From Haliotis rubra (taxonomy: Eukaryota): DNA of 64,000 nucleotides. The stretch covers positions 806,001-870,000 of the forward strand of contig NW_025767168.1 of the NCBI RefSeq assembly GCF_003918875.1, given 5' to 3'. Under the pieces are notes generated by a model. It ran no database searches, was not told the origin of the DNA, and saw nothing but the letters and a program-made list of their open reading frames with translations. Shown piece by piece: positions 24,420 to 38,365 of this stretch (position 1 is the first letter of the stretch; each line of letters starts with the position of its first letter). The translations under genes were made by a program, and so were the position numbers.

Positions 24420-26852
24420 TCCATCTCACTGGCGCTCCTGTTCAATTTAGATGGAAGGATTTGTTTCCATCAAACTTTTATATTTTCAAAGCCTAAGTGT
24501 TAGCATACAATACACTGAAGACTCTTCAAGAATCTTGCTATTTTAAAACTTGTTGATTTTCATTCTTTTGTAGCAGTACATTTTCTTTTTGTCTGAATTT
24601 TTGTTGTTTAATTCGCTTGCTCGCTCACATCAATCTCCTAGATTACCTGGTGATCAAGGTCATTTTTCTGGGTCATTGACAGAGGACCCTCAAATTTTGA
24701 ATGCCATATCTTCCCACGTATTTCTGAAGCCATTTCCATTCATCCCAAGGTTCTGGTTACTGTACCTATGGCTTTGGCTAAGTAAGATCAAGTTGAAGCT
24801 CCCTGGTATCATAAATATTGGCGTGTCAGTCATGTTTTGGGGTGATAGGCTGCAACTCCTAGGGCATATGCAAAAAATTCAAACAGACCAGATGATTGAA
24901 GCTACACTGCCTCAGCACAGAAATTGTTTTGCCAGAGATACAGGAACCCTTTCAGCCCGAAGTGAACCTTTAAACTGTATCAAGCATTTAAGGTAGATGT
25001 GGCAGTCGGACTTGTCACTGCAGCTGAAAGATTGCTGATGTGCTGTAAATATTAACTATCTTATGTAGCATTAAGACTTTCTTGTGGATCAGATCCCCAG
25101 CATATTCTCATAAACATTTTACATAAAACAAACTTGGTGTTTTTTTACACAGATTTGTTTGTCAGATACTGTTTGTTGTCTACTCTTATCATAGTTATGT
25201 TCTCATAAACATGATCATCATGATATAAAATAATAACGTGTTTTTTTTACACTGATTGCCTTCACGTCAGATGCTGTTGTCATCTTTCCATCAATCCTGA
25301 AGGAAAGCCTCGTGATATGGAGATATTTCATTGCTCCCTTTATTGTTTTTTCCAGTGGTTAGTGATAATTTAGTTGTGCTCCAGAACAAGATCAGGCACA
25401 TCATCAAACCTGGCTTTTTCCTGGTGGTATAATGTTCATTGTATCCAGAGGGATCCGGGACTGTTCCAGCTGTTGTTTCACTACAGACTGTAATGGTTAT
25501 AAAGTGTCCTTTGACAAACTAATCTGTGGATTTATTGCATGAAGGTTCGTGTGGAATGTCTACAGCATTCAGTGATAGTGTGCTGGCATGTGGTACAATG
25601 CATGCCCTGTGTTGCAGTGCTTATCTCCGAGATGCTTGCTTGTGGTGAGCACTCTGCAGTCAACAACAAAGCAGATGGAACATGTTGTAGCAGTGGCTAG
25701 AAATGTTGCTGATGTGTTTCCTCTCCTACTGCCCATCCCTGGTCTTCAGCAACTTGTCATTCAGACTTGTACACTAATCAAAATCATTTCTTGTCAGAGC
25801 AGATTTCCCCTGAACCTTGGTGTTCAAATTGACTGTTTCATACTTTTCTCTGTGTGTTTAGGTGGGATTGTTTTTGTGGAAGAATTTAAATTCTGTGCAT
25901 GAGGAAGATGTACTTTTTAAAAACCTTTTTCAAGGGAAGTTTGGAATTTGGTTTGGTTAATTGGCTTATTAATTGTATCCTCAGACCTGGAGAGCGTTTG
26001 ATTGGGAATGTAGTGGAAATCTGTTTAAGAACTGTTCTAAACTTTTTGATATTGTCATGTGTCTCAGCTGCTCTGTAGATTAATAATGAAGACAGGTTTG
26101 ATGAGTCTCCAGTTACTCAAATGCAGTTTCTGTAACAGATCCCACAGCATATATGTTAAAAAACACAAAAAACCATCTCATTCTCTTCCATTCTCATGTC
26201 TTGGTGAAGCCCTAACCCACCTCCTTCTTAGACTTCCTTTGTTCCTTTGTGGAATGGGTACCTGGTAGGAGGAGATAGAAATGTGTGTGTTTACTTTCTA
26301 GAGCCTCACAATCAGCTTGGATTGTATGATCCCCAGGGAGCTGAGAATTAAAAACAACTGATCCATTATCCATGATGATAATAATAATAATAACAATAAT
26401 GTCATGTAACGCCATGAACGTTATGTCCAGCATGGAAAAGCAAGATACAAATAAACGATTATCATGTTATTGTTATAATTGTTTAAATATTGTGGATCTT
26501 GTTTATATGCAATTCCCTGGGAGTGAAGCATCATCATCTTAGATTGTATCAGCCTGATGGCCTTGACATGTAACTGAAGTATAAGGCAATCAGATGTTAC
26601 TGACCTACTGTAAAGGGACTGATGAAATCACGATGAAGGTGTAATGGTGATAAATGTTTGTGAAATTGCTTCTGGCATTTAGATCAATATCAGGTTTGTC
26701 CACCATGTATAGCAATACGTACATGACACCTTGACAGCATACTGATGATTAACTTGCACATGGTTGCCCTGGTGGTGTTGCCATTCCACCTGAAGGGACA
26801 CCCAAACTGGGCCACATTGACAGATCCCTGTTGTACACTCTCCTACTGAGAA

Positions 26853-27012
26853 GGGGCGGTGGGGTAGCCTAATGGTTAAAGCGTTGGCTCGTCACGCCGA
26901 AGACCCGGGTTCGAATCCCCATGGGCACAATGTGTGAAGCCCATTTCTGGTGTCCCCCGCCGTGATGTTGCTGGAATATTGCTAAAAGCGGCGTAAAACT
27001 AAACTCAGTCAG
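26853..27012 (+). mobile_element. SINE family A, full length
   Basis: TSD tcctactgagaa (26841-26852, 27013-27024). Confidence 0.93.
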
Positions 27013-28321
27013 TCCTACTGAGAACATCCCATAGTAGACTTAGTCTCTGAATATGTATAATATTGATAGTAAATAACTCCATTAAATTGAAAAGGAGCCC
27101 CAGTGAGTTGGCAGATTCAGGACCTGAGGAAATCTAGACTTGCTTCATTTAGGACTTTTAAAGCATTGCAGGGAGGGCTAGGCAGTAGGAAAAATAATGT
27201 GGTTCAGGGAATATGAGAGCGACTAATCCCACAGATGCTATATTACAGATGTGTCGGGACACTTTATGAAAATGTTCAGTGTCTCTGCGCCCCCTCCTGC
27301 AAGTTTATGAGAGACATGCTGTACGCAGTGTGATCTGGCATCATTATCTGGCAGGTCACAATTTCTGCTGACAATTCTAGCAAATGGAACAATGACAGGA
27401 CGCCCAATTTTAATATCATACCACTGGCCAGTCAAAATCCATTCACAATAATGAAATCTGTCATGTTTGACACAGACCCAAATGGTCAAGAATTGTTGCC
27501 CTGGTATATTGCTTACTGTGACTTCAGTAGGTGTCAGGGATTTATTTTAAGCTGCCACATCAAGGTCTCATTGCAGGCCAACATCTTTGACAGTACTTAG
27601 CCTACAATCGAGAAATTACGCTTTTTGATTTGCCAATCATTTGGGTCTTTTTGTATATAAATGTTCATTCCTATTTTGTACCCATAATTTGCAATTTTGT
27701 TTGTTGATTGAGATACTGACTCAGTGTGTGCTTAGCTCAGTTGTATTCATGATAGTGAGTTCCCTTATAAGCACATAGATTTTGGCTTCTGTGTGCATCA
27801 CATGTTGTTCATGCATAATGTGAAATTTCATTAAGAGTCGACTTTAGATGCAATCCCAGAGTACTGCAAATGTGCCCCTCAGTAATAGCTACATTCAAAT
27901 CATTAGCTCCTTTATTATTTCTCTGTGGTGTATTTGTGCAAGATATTGAGAAAATTGAGGATGCATTTTCTGTTAATCATGACATTATTTTTGTACCGGT
28001 ATATCCCATGCTTATCATCAACAAAATAAAAAATTGTTTAAATAGGCATGATTAGTAATCAGTATGTTTTTAAAAAACTCATTCCAGTTTATTTCCACAA
28101 TCTTCAAATCATGCATGTAAACATCGGCAACACTTTTTATTATCTTTGGTTCCAGAATCCTGTTAAGATAATGGGCGTCTTGAATGAAACCTTCCTCACT
28201 TAGAGAGATGTGTAGATTCAAATATCAGTTGACATGACAATTTACAGATGTTCCCAGTACCAAGGATTGCATTGTGAAGTTGTGCACTCATGTAACATTA
28301 CCACCCTGTGTAATCCATCTG

Positions 28322-28415
28322 GTTGATGTCCTACATGTAGGTAAATATTGTCTGTGCAACAGACCAGGGCCGTTGATGTCCTACATGTAGGTAAATATTG
28401 TCTGTGCAACAGACC
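28322..28415. repeat. 50-bp tandem duplication containing palindrome cctacatgtagg
   Basis: gttgatgtcctacatgtaggtaaatattgtctgtgcaacagacc occurs twice, 50 nt apart. Confidence 0.9.
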
Positions 28416-28774
28416 TGGAACATTGCAGTTTGGCCAGCACCAGCTGCTGTTTTGCATAGGAATGGAATTGATCTGATGCAGTAACCTCTCATCAAAGGTG
28501 TGATTTAACATGGGGTCAGGTAGCCAATACAGGGAAGCTGAAATATTTAGATGGATGATCTACCGGGAAGCAATCAGGTGTCTGTGAGTGAGTGAATCTT
28601 GCTGAATGCCACAGTCAAAACTGTAGGTAGGTATGTCATAAAGAGCTGGAAGTAAGTTAGTCTGAACTAGGCAGACTAGTGACTGAATCAGCAACGCCAA
28701 TGATGCTGAGTATTAAATCTGGTTCAACTCTTCTGAACCGTGACCTCATAGAATCTAATAATTCACGGTATTGT

Positions 28775-29001
28775 CAGTGTATGAAATAAACCAAAACCCC
28801 AGCCAGACATCAGGGCTGGTAACTTCAAAATGTTACCAGTCCAAAATGGATTTAACCAGACCAGACACAAGGATATGACTCAGATGTATATAACATCTAA
28901 ATTTGTTACCAGACCATCGGGCTGGCTAGCTGAAAATCTAGACCATCCTTCTGAAATCTCACCCGTCTCGGGCGGTCGGATGGGCCTTATTTCATACACT
29001 G
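28775..29001. mobile_element. MITE (227 bp)
   Basis: TIR cagtgtatgaaataa / ttatttcatacactg; flanking direct repeat gtattgt (7 bp; 9 bp ggtattgtc if the terminal C/G belong to the target). Confidence 0.85.
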
Positions 29002-29750
29002 GTATTGTCTTGACTGCATCTGTGTATTATAAGTTCCTACTCTAACAGAGGAAATAGATGTTCTCAGTTTGTGCCAGTTTTTGTAAGAATGGTAAAATAT
29101 GGTTGTGTAGTTCAAAATACTTTCATTGACAAAGTCTTTATTGCTGGGAATGGTCCTCGAAGTGCCCCATGGCTAGACCACTCCAGATCAATCTGTAACT
29201 ATAGTCTCTATCACCTCACCTCACAGAAAATGTACATGAGCCCCAATTTCTGTTACATGTGGATTCCCAAGTTGAAACCAACAAACAACAAAAATTTAGT
29301 GTAATTTACAATTACAATTCAGAGGCAATAGCAAGCCCCCCTTATATACGCAAGAATAAGTTGCTAGAAAATTATACGGTAAGGCACATCTTCTTAATAT
29401 ATTCTCTGCTTTATAGGAAGGTTCTAGTACATTCCAGCACACTGTCTCCTAAGAACATGATTGCCTATATTTTCTTGCATATAATGCACATCATTTGTAT
29501 GTACAGCAGTAAAGTAACTATTTCCAGAAATATTTTTGTTTCATCAACATTTATACTACATTATTTGTGACCGTACAATCCCTGAAAATAAGAGATGTTG
29601 TGGATGGTATAAAGAAGCAACCCCTTTGTGAATTGTCTGATTGCCTGGTACTGTTATTACAACAAAAACACTATTTCGGTAATGACGCTCAGGCGAAGTC
29701 AGAGAGTTCATCCACCCACCCACCTATCCATCCATCCATCCTACCTACCT

Positions 29751-29892
29751 GGGGCGGTGGGGTAGCCTAGTGGTTAAAGCTTATTTCGTCATGCGAAGAC
29801 CTACCCCACATGGGTACAATGTGTGAAGCCCATTTCTGGTGTCCCCTGCCTGATATTGCTGGAATATTGCTAAAAGCTTTGCGTGAAACCAT
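29751..29892 (+). mobile_element. SINE family A copy running into an assembly gap
   Basis: Family A sequence with deletions; preceded by a (CCAY/CTAC)n microsatellite at 29709-29750. Confidence 0.8.
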
Positions 29893-30203
29893 NNNNNNNN
29901 NNNNNNNNNNNNNNNNNNNNNNNNNNNNNNNNNNNNNNNNNNNNNNNNNNNNNNNNNNNNNNNNNNNNNNNNNNNNNNNNNNNNNNNNNNNNNNNNNNNN
30001 NNNNNNNNNNNNNNNNNNNNNNNNNNNNNNNNNNNNNNNNNNNNNNNNNNNNNNNNNNNNNNNNNNNNNNNNNNNNNNNNNNNNNNNNNNNNNNNNNNNN
30101 NNNNNNNNNNNNNNNNNNNNNNNNNNNNNNNNNNNNNNNNNNNNNNNNNNNNNNNNNNNNNNNNNNNNNNNNNNNNNNNNNNNNNNNNNNNNNNNNNNNN
30201 NNN
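29893..30203. other. Assembly gap (N run)
   Basis: 311 N. Confidence 1.
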
Positions 30204-32230
30204 CTCACTCTACAAATTTCTCGCTTCACACAAAGGCATCACAATGCACAAGTTGTACGCCATGATCTCTCTCGTCATCTTGCCCCCACAGCTAACATTC
30301 ATGTTATGTAATCCTTATGGGAATATTTGTCAGGGGAAAAAGAGGTAATGTCACTGGGCAAACAGTTATTTTATTTGGTGTTATCTCAACGATCATGCTG
30401 TTTAAATTGGGATCGGATTTCTCATCTTCTCCTTCTCCCACGTGATATATATATATGCAACATAATTTTTCCTTTCAAAGAGAAAGCTTCATCTCCAGGG
30501 AAATCATACCGCCATGGTCACTTTACACTTCAAGATTTTATCATTCTATTACAACTGTAAAAACAACTGTCTTCTTTTTTAAGAGGAACAAGATCAAATA
30601 TCTGATTAAGATAAAGATTCGCACCAAAATATCTGTTATTTAGAAACGTGTTATTTATGAGGGGTTCAATTTCAGCCTGATGCTTTTTCCATGGAAAGCG
30701 ATTTCCATTCCACTGTAGAGACATTGAAGGATATTTTAACCTCCCCCTGCTAGGAGAGAAAGGGCAGGCTGAAAGTTTTAATGAAATGGAAAATTTCTCT
30801 GTTCCTGTAATAAAATGTGGGAAAAAATGAGAGACTTGTTAAAAACATGGTGATGAATTTTCCAGCTTTCTTACTCATTATCTGCCCTGAAAAGGGGTCA
30901 TCTCAAAATGTTTGGAAGTTTCTTCAAACAAACATTCCTTTGATTCAGCAGCATTCTTATATTCTTATTATTCTGATATGATGTAAAGGTGTGTTTTTAT
31001 ACCAGAATTTCTTTGATAGAGTGAGTGATACCGCATTGATGCAGGAAACTTGTTTATATGTTTGAGATGGACATGAGAAATGGTTTTGAAACGTACCCTG
31101 GCTTGACCAGGGCTAGTGGAATATTGCACATGCTGGAGTGATGACTGATCCGCAGCAGCAAGCAGCAGGATGAGACAGATACTAGCTTGTCAATTGCTGC
31201 TAAGTAGATCTACAGCTTTAATGGAGGCCACCAAGAGATCCAGTCAAGCTTCTTGGAATTCCACCATCACTTCCCACTCACAACTATAAGCGCCATGTTG
31301 AGAGCCTCTGCCTGGGAGATTCATGCAACAATATGGTGAATCTCCAACATCCCTGAACACAAGACTGTGTTGATGTGACATGTCTTGTGTCTGATCAATT
31401 AGTCAGATGTTGACAAGCTGGTTGTTTGTTTTATAGGTAGGACCAAATATATCAACACCGTACCTATGCCCCTTTATCTTAACAAAGTAGTGAAAGAGTA
31501 CACACTGTATTACCTGAAGTTTTCATGTCCAGTAATGAAATATTGCTGAAAGCAGGTGTAACTTGTACAATTTGTTTATACTGTGTATAGGATTTGTGTA
31601 TGGTTTGTAAGTGGGATGAAAACTTGATCATTGGACACTGGTGATGCATTAGAAAATTACTAATTTTCTGGATACAATTTAGTGAAAGAGACACCTGCTT
31701 TGGTCAATTGGTTTGTGTGATAATGTGATTGTTAACACCAGCAGCTTCAGTCCAAGCACTAAAGATTACCTCAGGATCAACTAAGTAGAGGCCTTCATCA
31801 CAAGTTGCCTATGACTAGGGCTGTTACAATTCACTGGCGTAATCAGTAAATCAAACCGTATCCCTTCATGAATTCCATTCATCATTTGCAATCACAAGAA
31901 TAATGAATTTATGATTTTTTTAAATGTAGTGTTTTACTTGAATTTGAGTGTTTTGTTATCAAAACGAGATCAAATGGAATGGAAATTATTCTTGCCAGTC
32001 AGGATCATAGTCAACACTCTTATATGCTTTATTTGGACAGTAATGTGGTCACTGGTCATTGTCTTAATGAATATGTCAAATAATGTATTTTGTTATTATT
32101 TCACTGAATATATTGAATAATGCATTAACTGCTGACTTTTTTGTGTTTTCTTTAACCAATATTCATATTTGTAGCTAGTATTTGTAATATGTATGATATT
32201 CACCTCAGAGTGGATTCGCTGCAGTCCATA

Positions 32231-32333
32231 GATTGTCTGGTCCAGGCTCGACTATTTACTGACCGCCGCCATATAGCTGGAATATTGCTGAGTGGCATAA
32301 AACTAAACTCACTCACTCACTCACTCACTCACA
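32231..32333 (+). mobile_element. Family B 3' fragment with (ACTC)n tail
   Basis: gattgtctggtccagg..gccgccatatagctggaatattgctgagt..aactaaactc(actc)n. Confidence 0.82.
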
Positions 32334-35277
32334 CTCCCTATCTGTGTCACCCAAATCCCGTCTAGTGACTAAACAGTAGAGAAAAAACTGAAATCTCTTC
32401 ATTGTGTTGATTATTTAAAAATGTATGTATAATGTAAAATCATGGCGGAAAGAATATTGAAATGTTTCTTGCACAACAGCTTGTATGTACTGATGTGTAT
32501 GTATGGCACTACCAACCGTGAAGAACGACATACTGATGGCTACCCATGCATGGAGGACACATGTCCATATATGGCTTGTAAAAATAGGGCACTTTTCATT
32601 TATTCATAATGGAACACTGTTCTTGGTTGGCTAAGTTTTGAATGTGTCAATGTTTTGTTGATGGGTGATAGTTAAAAAGATTATCAATGATGATTGAATG
32701 ACAGTTTTGTTAATTAACTGAAGCAGTATTTCTGAATATTTTGTTATTACTTTTTACAATTTTTTCAATATTTCTTTTTTATTGAAAGTAAAAAGTGTAA
32801 AGAGAAGTGTATACTACTTAAAGCTGTGTTTCTGTTTCCCTTGTGCACAGACAATGCCTCAGGAGTTTTGTCTGCACAACATTCATTCTCGTAGCTTGTT
32901 GGATATCCAATATGACTCTTATCACTCTTGTGGTCGACTACTATTAGTGCATGCGTAGAATATGTATTTGATGTTAATGACTAACATGCAGTGAATAGAC
33001 AAACTGGATCTGTCTCAATTTGGCATATGTAGTGTTGATTTTGCTGAAATACTACCGATGTGAGTCATTCATCTTTTGCATATGATGCAATGAATTCTGA
33101 AGCTTCTCATGTAGATACAACGTCCTTATCATTGACATTTTTTCACACTGCTTACATGTACTGTTGATTCTCATCATCCACTTCATCCTCAGATGATACT
33201 ATGTCAGCTATATTATGTTACATTTTTGTAGGTTTTTTTGTGTGCAGTACATGTTTAATAGTTAAAGAGTATGTGACACTTACAAAGTGTTGAAAACTGT
33301 CTGAGATCAGAAGTTATCAGTCATACCTTTAAAAATTCATACTTCCTCCCAAAAGGTGAAAATATGTAATATTGTAATTTCTACCCATGGATGAGCAGTA
33401 AATAACAAGTGTGATAACGTGCCCGTAATCACCGGTGTAATTGCAAGTTGCTGATTGGTTTATGGGAGGGTTTACATATTCCTGCAGACCTCAAGTGTTT
33501 ACCACTGTTGAAGTGGCCACCATTACTGAATCTGGGCGGATCCAAACCGTGGAGATCTGGAAATAGCTGCAGTGTGGGGCTAATGGCTTGCTTGTAAATA
33601 CATGCCATTGTCTGCCTCAAGTGTTTTTCTATTGTTTGCACTGATCCAAACGAACAATAATGTGATAATGGAGAGATGCAGTCAGTATTGAAACAGTCCT
33701 GTGTTGCCAGGATTGTCAGTGTTCAAGAATCAGTTTATGAAGCCAGTCTGTATTCATTGTGTTTCGTGTGTGCTGTTGGTGGGATATTTTTTCCATAATT
33801 TCTTTATCTTAATGTGAATGTGGTATTTTTTGTGGCCAGTGCATCATGTGTAAGTGATAACATAATTGACTTGTTGGCTGTAGCTCTTTAAACACATCAA
33901 TCTAATTCCCCCAGGATCATGTTTGTTTTAATAGCACCATTATCAAATAAACACACCCTATTAGTGTTATCAAAAATATACCGTAGTTAATTTGGTTTCA
34001 TATCAGCGCTGATTATGTGCCGTCTGGTAATGATCCGTTAATGAGAAACACACCAGAGTTGAAGCAGGCCTAGGTTCATCAGTGAAGGCTCTACCTGCTG
34101 TGGCGGTAGGTGTCTAGTGGATGTAGGTAGTGGTTGGAATTGTATTCCTGGACTGTGTAACATGGTAATAAATAAAGAATGCCACCAGTAGGACTGAGTA
34201 ACCTTGGAATGTGAGTGCTGACCTTTACACAGATTAAACACCTTGGATAGATGTGTTGCCACAAAATAGAGGCTGAGGGGATTCCGGAACACGGAATGAA
34301 TGTGTTTCCAATCCCAGCCCGTGGTGCTACACCTTGGCCAGATCTAAAGGCAGTGGGGAGCGAGGAACTCTAGTGCAGCCATTCATCAAGTCTTGAAGAC
34401 AGACAGGCTTGGACTTATCTGTGATGAGAGATGGGAGCCGGATACCTCTGTAGTGTTTATATAGCTACAGGAGAGAAAGGCTTCATCTGCCTTGTTGTTA
34501 TATAGCTTGGATAGAGTTACCCGCCTTCACTGCAGAAAGCTCCCCCTGGTGTCATAAGATCCTGGCCAGATAGTGCTATATCTACCAGTGCCAGCCCAGC
34601 ACTCAATAAATTGTAATTTTCAAACATATCTGTCAGCCAGGTCTCCTGGGAGACATTTACGAGATAAAGATTCCTAGTATTTTTGCCCAACTGTGTGCAG
34701 GGGCCTTTTGATCTTCATTGTCTGATCTGGCGGTAATCAAGGAACACGCTTCTCATAGAAATGATTACTTCTCCCAGACGAGGCCAAAAAAGTAATCTTG
34801 GTGATAATCACAGAAATGGACGTCTTTAATGACAGGAAGTTTGCCATCAATTGTGGGATTTTTCCTCCCTGAACATGCAGCATTGTGAGGTCCAATCAGG
34901 TAGACTAGGTACATGCCTCGCTTGTGCAGACTTGGCGATAGTAACAGTCTGGCATCAGTCTGCACTCACGGTGGCCACCAGGGCAGACGGAAGACCAAAT
35001 ATCACACCCTTGATACAATAGTACCACGGGCACGTAGTCTGTCCGCACAAATGGGATCAGTTCTTGGCCAGGATTACTGTAATTACATAAAAAGCCAGAA
35101 AATATCTGAGAAATTATTAAGTGGAACTTGAACATAGAAGTACTGTATAATGAATACTTGAAATAAGGAGTGTGTTGTTATTGATTTCTTGATCCTGTTT
35201 CTGTCATGGTACAATAAAGAATTGCTGGAATGATGGGCAGATTATGTTTAAATACCAACAGAAACTAAGGGATAAAT

Positions 35278-35470
35278 TCATGCTTGCCATTAAGGGGACT
35301 GTAACTTTATGTCATCATCAGGCTTTCGGACTTGGTTGAGACATGGTGTTGTAGCCCTCATGTAAACAGCAATGCTTATGTTGTCAATCAGTGGATTGTG
35401 TGGTCCAGACATGATTATTTACAGATCACTGGATACTACTCCGTGCAGTGTTAAACAACAAACAAACAAA
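35278..35470 (+). mobile_element. Old family B variant with (AAAC)n tail
   Basis: Diverged match to family B body. Confidence 0.6.
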
Positions 35471-37015
35471 TTAGCTGATAAGTTACAAATACCCTGCCTA
35501 ATTATTGGTAGAACAATTTCCACACAATATTCTGTAACATCAATATGTTAACATTTCCGTCAGATAGACCCAAAGTAAGAATCAAGAATTTTAATCGACA
35601 GTATGCCTTAATCAGGAAGGATACAAACTAGCTACATTTGGGAGTAGGTATAATTAATAAGTGATATTCCGTGTGGAGTGACATGTTACAGATGAAAAGA
35701 ATGTTTCCCCCTGAGTTTGAGGGCCGAGCCTGCTGGGTTGTCCAAAGGCGTGATGGGGCAGCGATACCCCTGTGTGGAGCTGAGGATGTGATGCCGAGTC
35801 TGCCACCTACATTACATGCATCGTTACCACTTCCAGTAAATACCCATCCACCTTAACCTTATCTTATAATCTGTAATTGGAAACACTTTACTTGATAATT
35901 CCCTCTTCTTCCGGAGCAGTAATTTGAAAGGCTGCCCCCCAGTTTGGGTACATTTGCCTCAAAGCCTGTTTGGGGATTTGTGTGTAATTAATGTGTGGCT
36001 GATGTTTACATGCATCATTCTTATCTTGTAAATATTTGTGTTTTTAGTGAATAAACAAGTCTCAATAGTGATATTTATATTTCCCAGGGTTCTAAAGCCC
36101 TGAGACTGTATGTAATACTAGGAAGGCGTAAGAGGTTGTTAGCTGTTATCTTTATCACAGATTGTTGGGAAATTAAGCATTACTTGCAGGGTCATTTGTA
36201 TGCATAAGACTAATTATCAATTTAACCAAGTTATCATCAATTTCACCAGTGTCTAATTCTCCCCTGCAGGGTTCTCTCCCTTGTTCCCAGATTGCTCAGG
36301 TTAACTTCCTGTCAGGCAGACAACATAAACTTGGTAATTAAGTAGAGGGTGTAATCAGGAACATGCTGCCCCCTAGTGTTCAAACTGTTAACCAGACCCA
36401 GCTGTTTCTACTGGCCAATATATGTTAACATAATATGTGCATGTTGTGCTATAATTTGACACACATTGCCCGGATTAAGCAATCTTGACTACAGAAAGGA
36501 AAGTCCTCCAACAATCCTCAAGGGTCCTTTAGGATAGTTGCTGTTTTCAGGATTTCTGAAATGGTATAATTGGTGGAATTTTAAGTAAAGAATTCATGTA
36601 AAACTTGCTTAGAGGCCCATGCCAACTGTTTCAGAGTGTTATACATCTTCTACAGTCATCCATTATTGCATTTTTCTTTACTTCAAAAAGGACCTTATAC
36701 TTTTTTTAAATGAGCAAAAGCTCTCATGCTTTATACATTAAAGATGAAAGTATTCATAAGAAAGCTTGGACAAAAATAACTCAGGAAGTAGAACAGAGAA
36801 AAGATTTACAGTATTGCATTAAAATGTGAAGTGCTACAGGATGCACAGCCATAGATCTTTCTGTGGTTAAACTGTTGTGTACTATAGTATATGATTACAC
36901 AATACCATTTAGAAAGTGATCAAATGTAACATATGTTTTATTTGGGAAGTAATCCCAAATTGTAATCCCAAATCTAGCATATGTTACTATATTATATATT
37001 ATATATAACAGAACA

Positions 37016-38067
37016 CAGGGCTCCAGATAAAGGCCGTATTGGCGTATGTACGGATGAAAAATATGCACGATACAGTAGGAAGTAATTTAGAAAACGTAGC
37101 AGATACGCACCACAGGAATGGTGTATGGTTTTAGAATCATTTACAGACGTATTTATCTGCAAAAGTATTGTTGTCCCCGCCGGAACGGGGGACTATGTCT
37201 TCAGCAGCGTCTGTCCGTCCGTCCGTGCGTCTGTACCGTACGTCCCGATTCTTGTTAACGCGTTGTACCCAATGTCTTCAAATTTCTAGACAGCTTACAT
37301 TGGGGGATTACGCAGACACCAGTGTATTTGGGTGACCTTGACCTTATTTTCAAGGTCACCATGACACTTTGACCACTTTTCAAACTCTTGTTAACGCGAT
37401 ATCTCGTGGACTGTTGTACCCAATGTCTTCTAATTTGGTGACAGCCTACAATGGGGGATTACGCAGACACCTTTATTTGGGTGACCTTGACCTTATCTTC
37501 AAGGTCACGGCGACACTGACCACTTTTCAAACTTTTGTTAACAGGATATCTCATGAACTGTTCAACCCAATGTCTTCAAGTTTGGTGACAGCCTACATTG
37601 GGGGATTATTCAGACACCTGTTTATTTGGGTGACCTTGACCTTATCTTCAAGGTCACCATGACACTTTGACTGCTTTTCAAACTTATTTAAACGCGATAT
37701 CTCATAAAACATTGCACCCAATGTTTTCAATTATGTTGACAGCCTACATTGGGTGATTATGCAGACACCAGTCATTTCAGGCATCTTGTATGTGACCTAA
37801 AAATAACAAGTATTAAATATAGATATTCCATTCTTTAGCGGCGGGGACATTGCCATATTAGTGGCAAACACTTGTATCATTGTTCATTGACCTGTTTACA
37901 CAAGAGTAGCAATGTTGTGGTGTGTATATGAAACAAAACACAAGATTACTGATACGCCATTAAATTCCAATCAGTACTCTAAATGTACTCTTAAGGTTTT
38001 CCAGTACTATTATATTGAAAAATAAGGAGTACATACTCCTGATGTTGAAAAATTATCTGGAGCCCTG
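37016..38067. mobile_element. Non-autonomous DNA transposon with 15-bp TIRs and 6-bp TSD
   Basis: cagggctccagataa / ttatctggagccctg; agaaca on both sides. Confidence 0.85.
37170..37875 (+). mobile_element. Helentron-associated (HINE/DINE-1/pearl-like) element nested in the TIR element, with ~148-bp internal tandem repeats
   Basis: subTIR tgtccccgcc / ggcggggaca, (GTCC)n microsatellite, ~3.5 units each with palindromic gtgaccttgaccttat.ttcaaggtcac, 3' hairpin tgcca-tattag-tggca. Confidence 0.85.
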
Positions 38068-38365
38068 AGAACACTTGATTCTTGCATATTACTGTACTTC
38101 ATGTCAATTCTGCTTATTACTGCAGTTCCTATGTCATGCTGTGATTCTGCTTCTTTTGTATTACTATAGTTTGTTTGTCATGCTATGATGCCGATCTTGC
38201 ATATTACAACAGTTGACCTGGTATGGAATGACACCAATTGTTTTGTTTTAGTATAGTTCATCTGTCATGGCATGAAATAATGTAACTTCTTTTGAGCTGA
38301 GTAGTATGCTAACACACATACAAGCACAGATGCATATAAACATGAACACAAAATACATGTCACAC

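Noticed and set aside
26250-26350. aatgggtacctggtag..ccccagggagctgag block (similar start at ~1656), possible ancient SINE core
   Set aside because: Too decayed to delimit or assign
29810-30311. ORFs spanning N runs (also 43926-44246)
   Set aside because: Artefacts of gaps
34900-35135. Possible minus-strand exon with a gtgagt donor at 34964-34969
   Set aside because: No recognisable peptide or partner exons; nested gene unsupported
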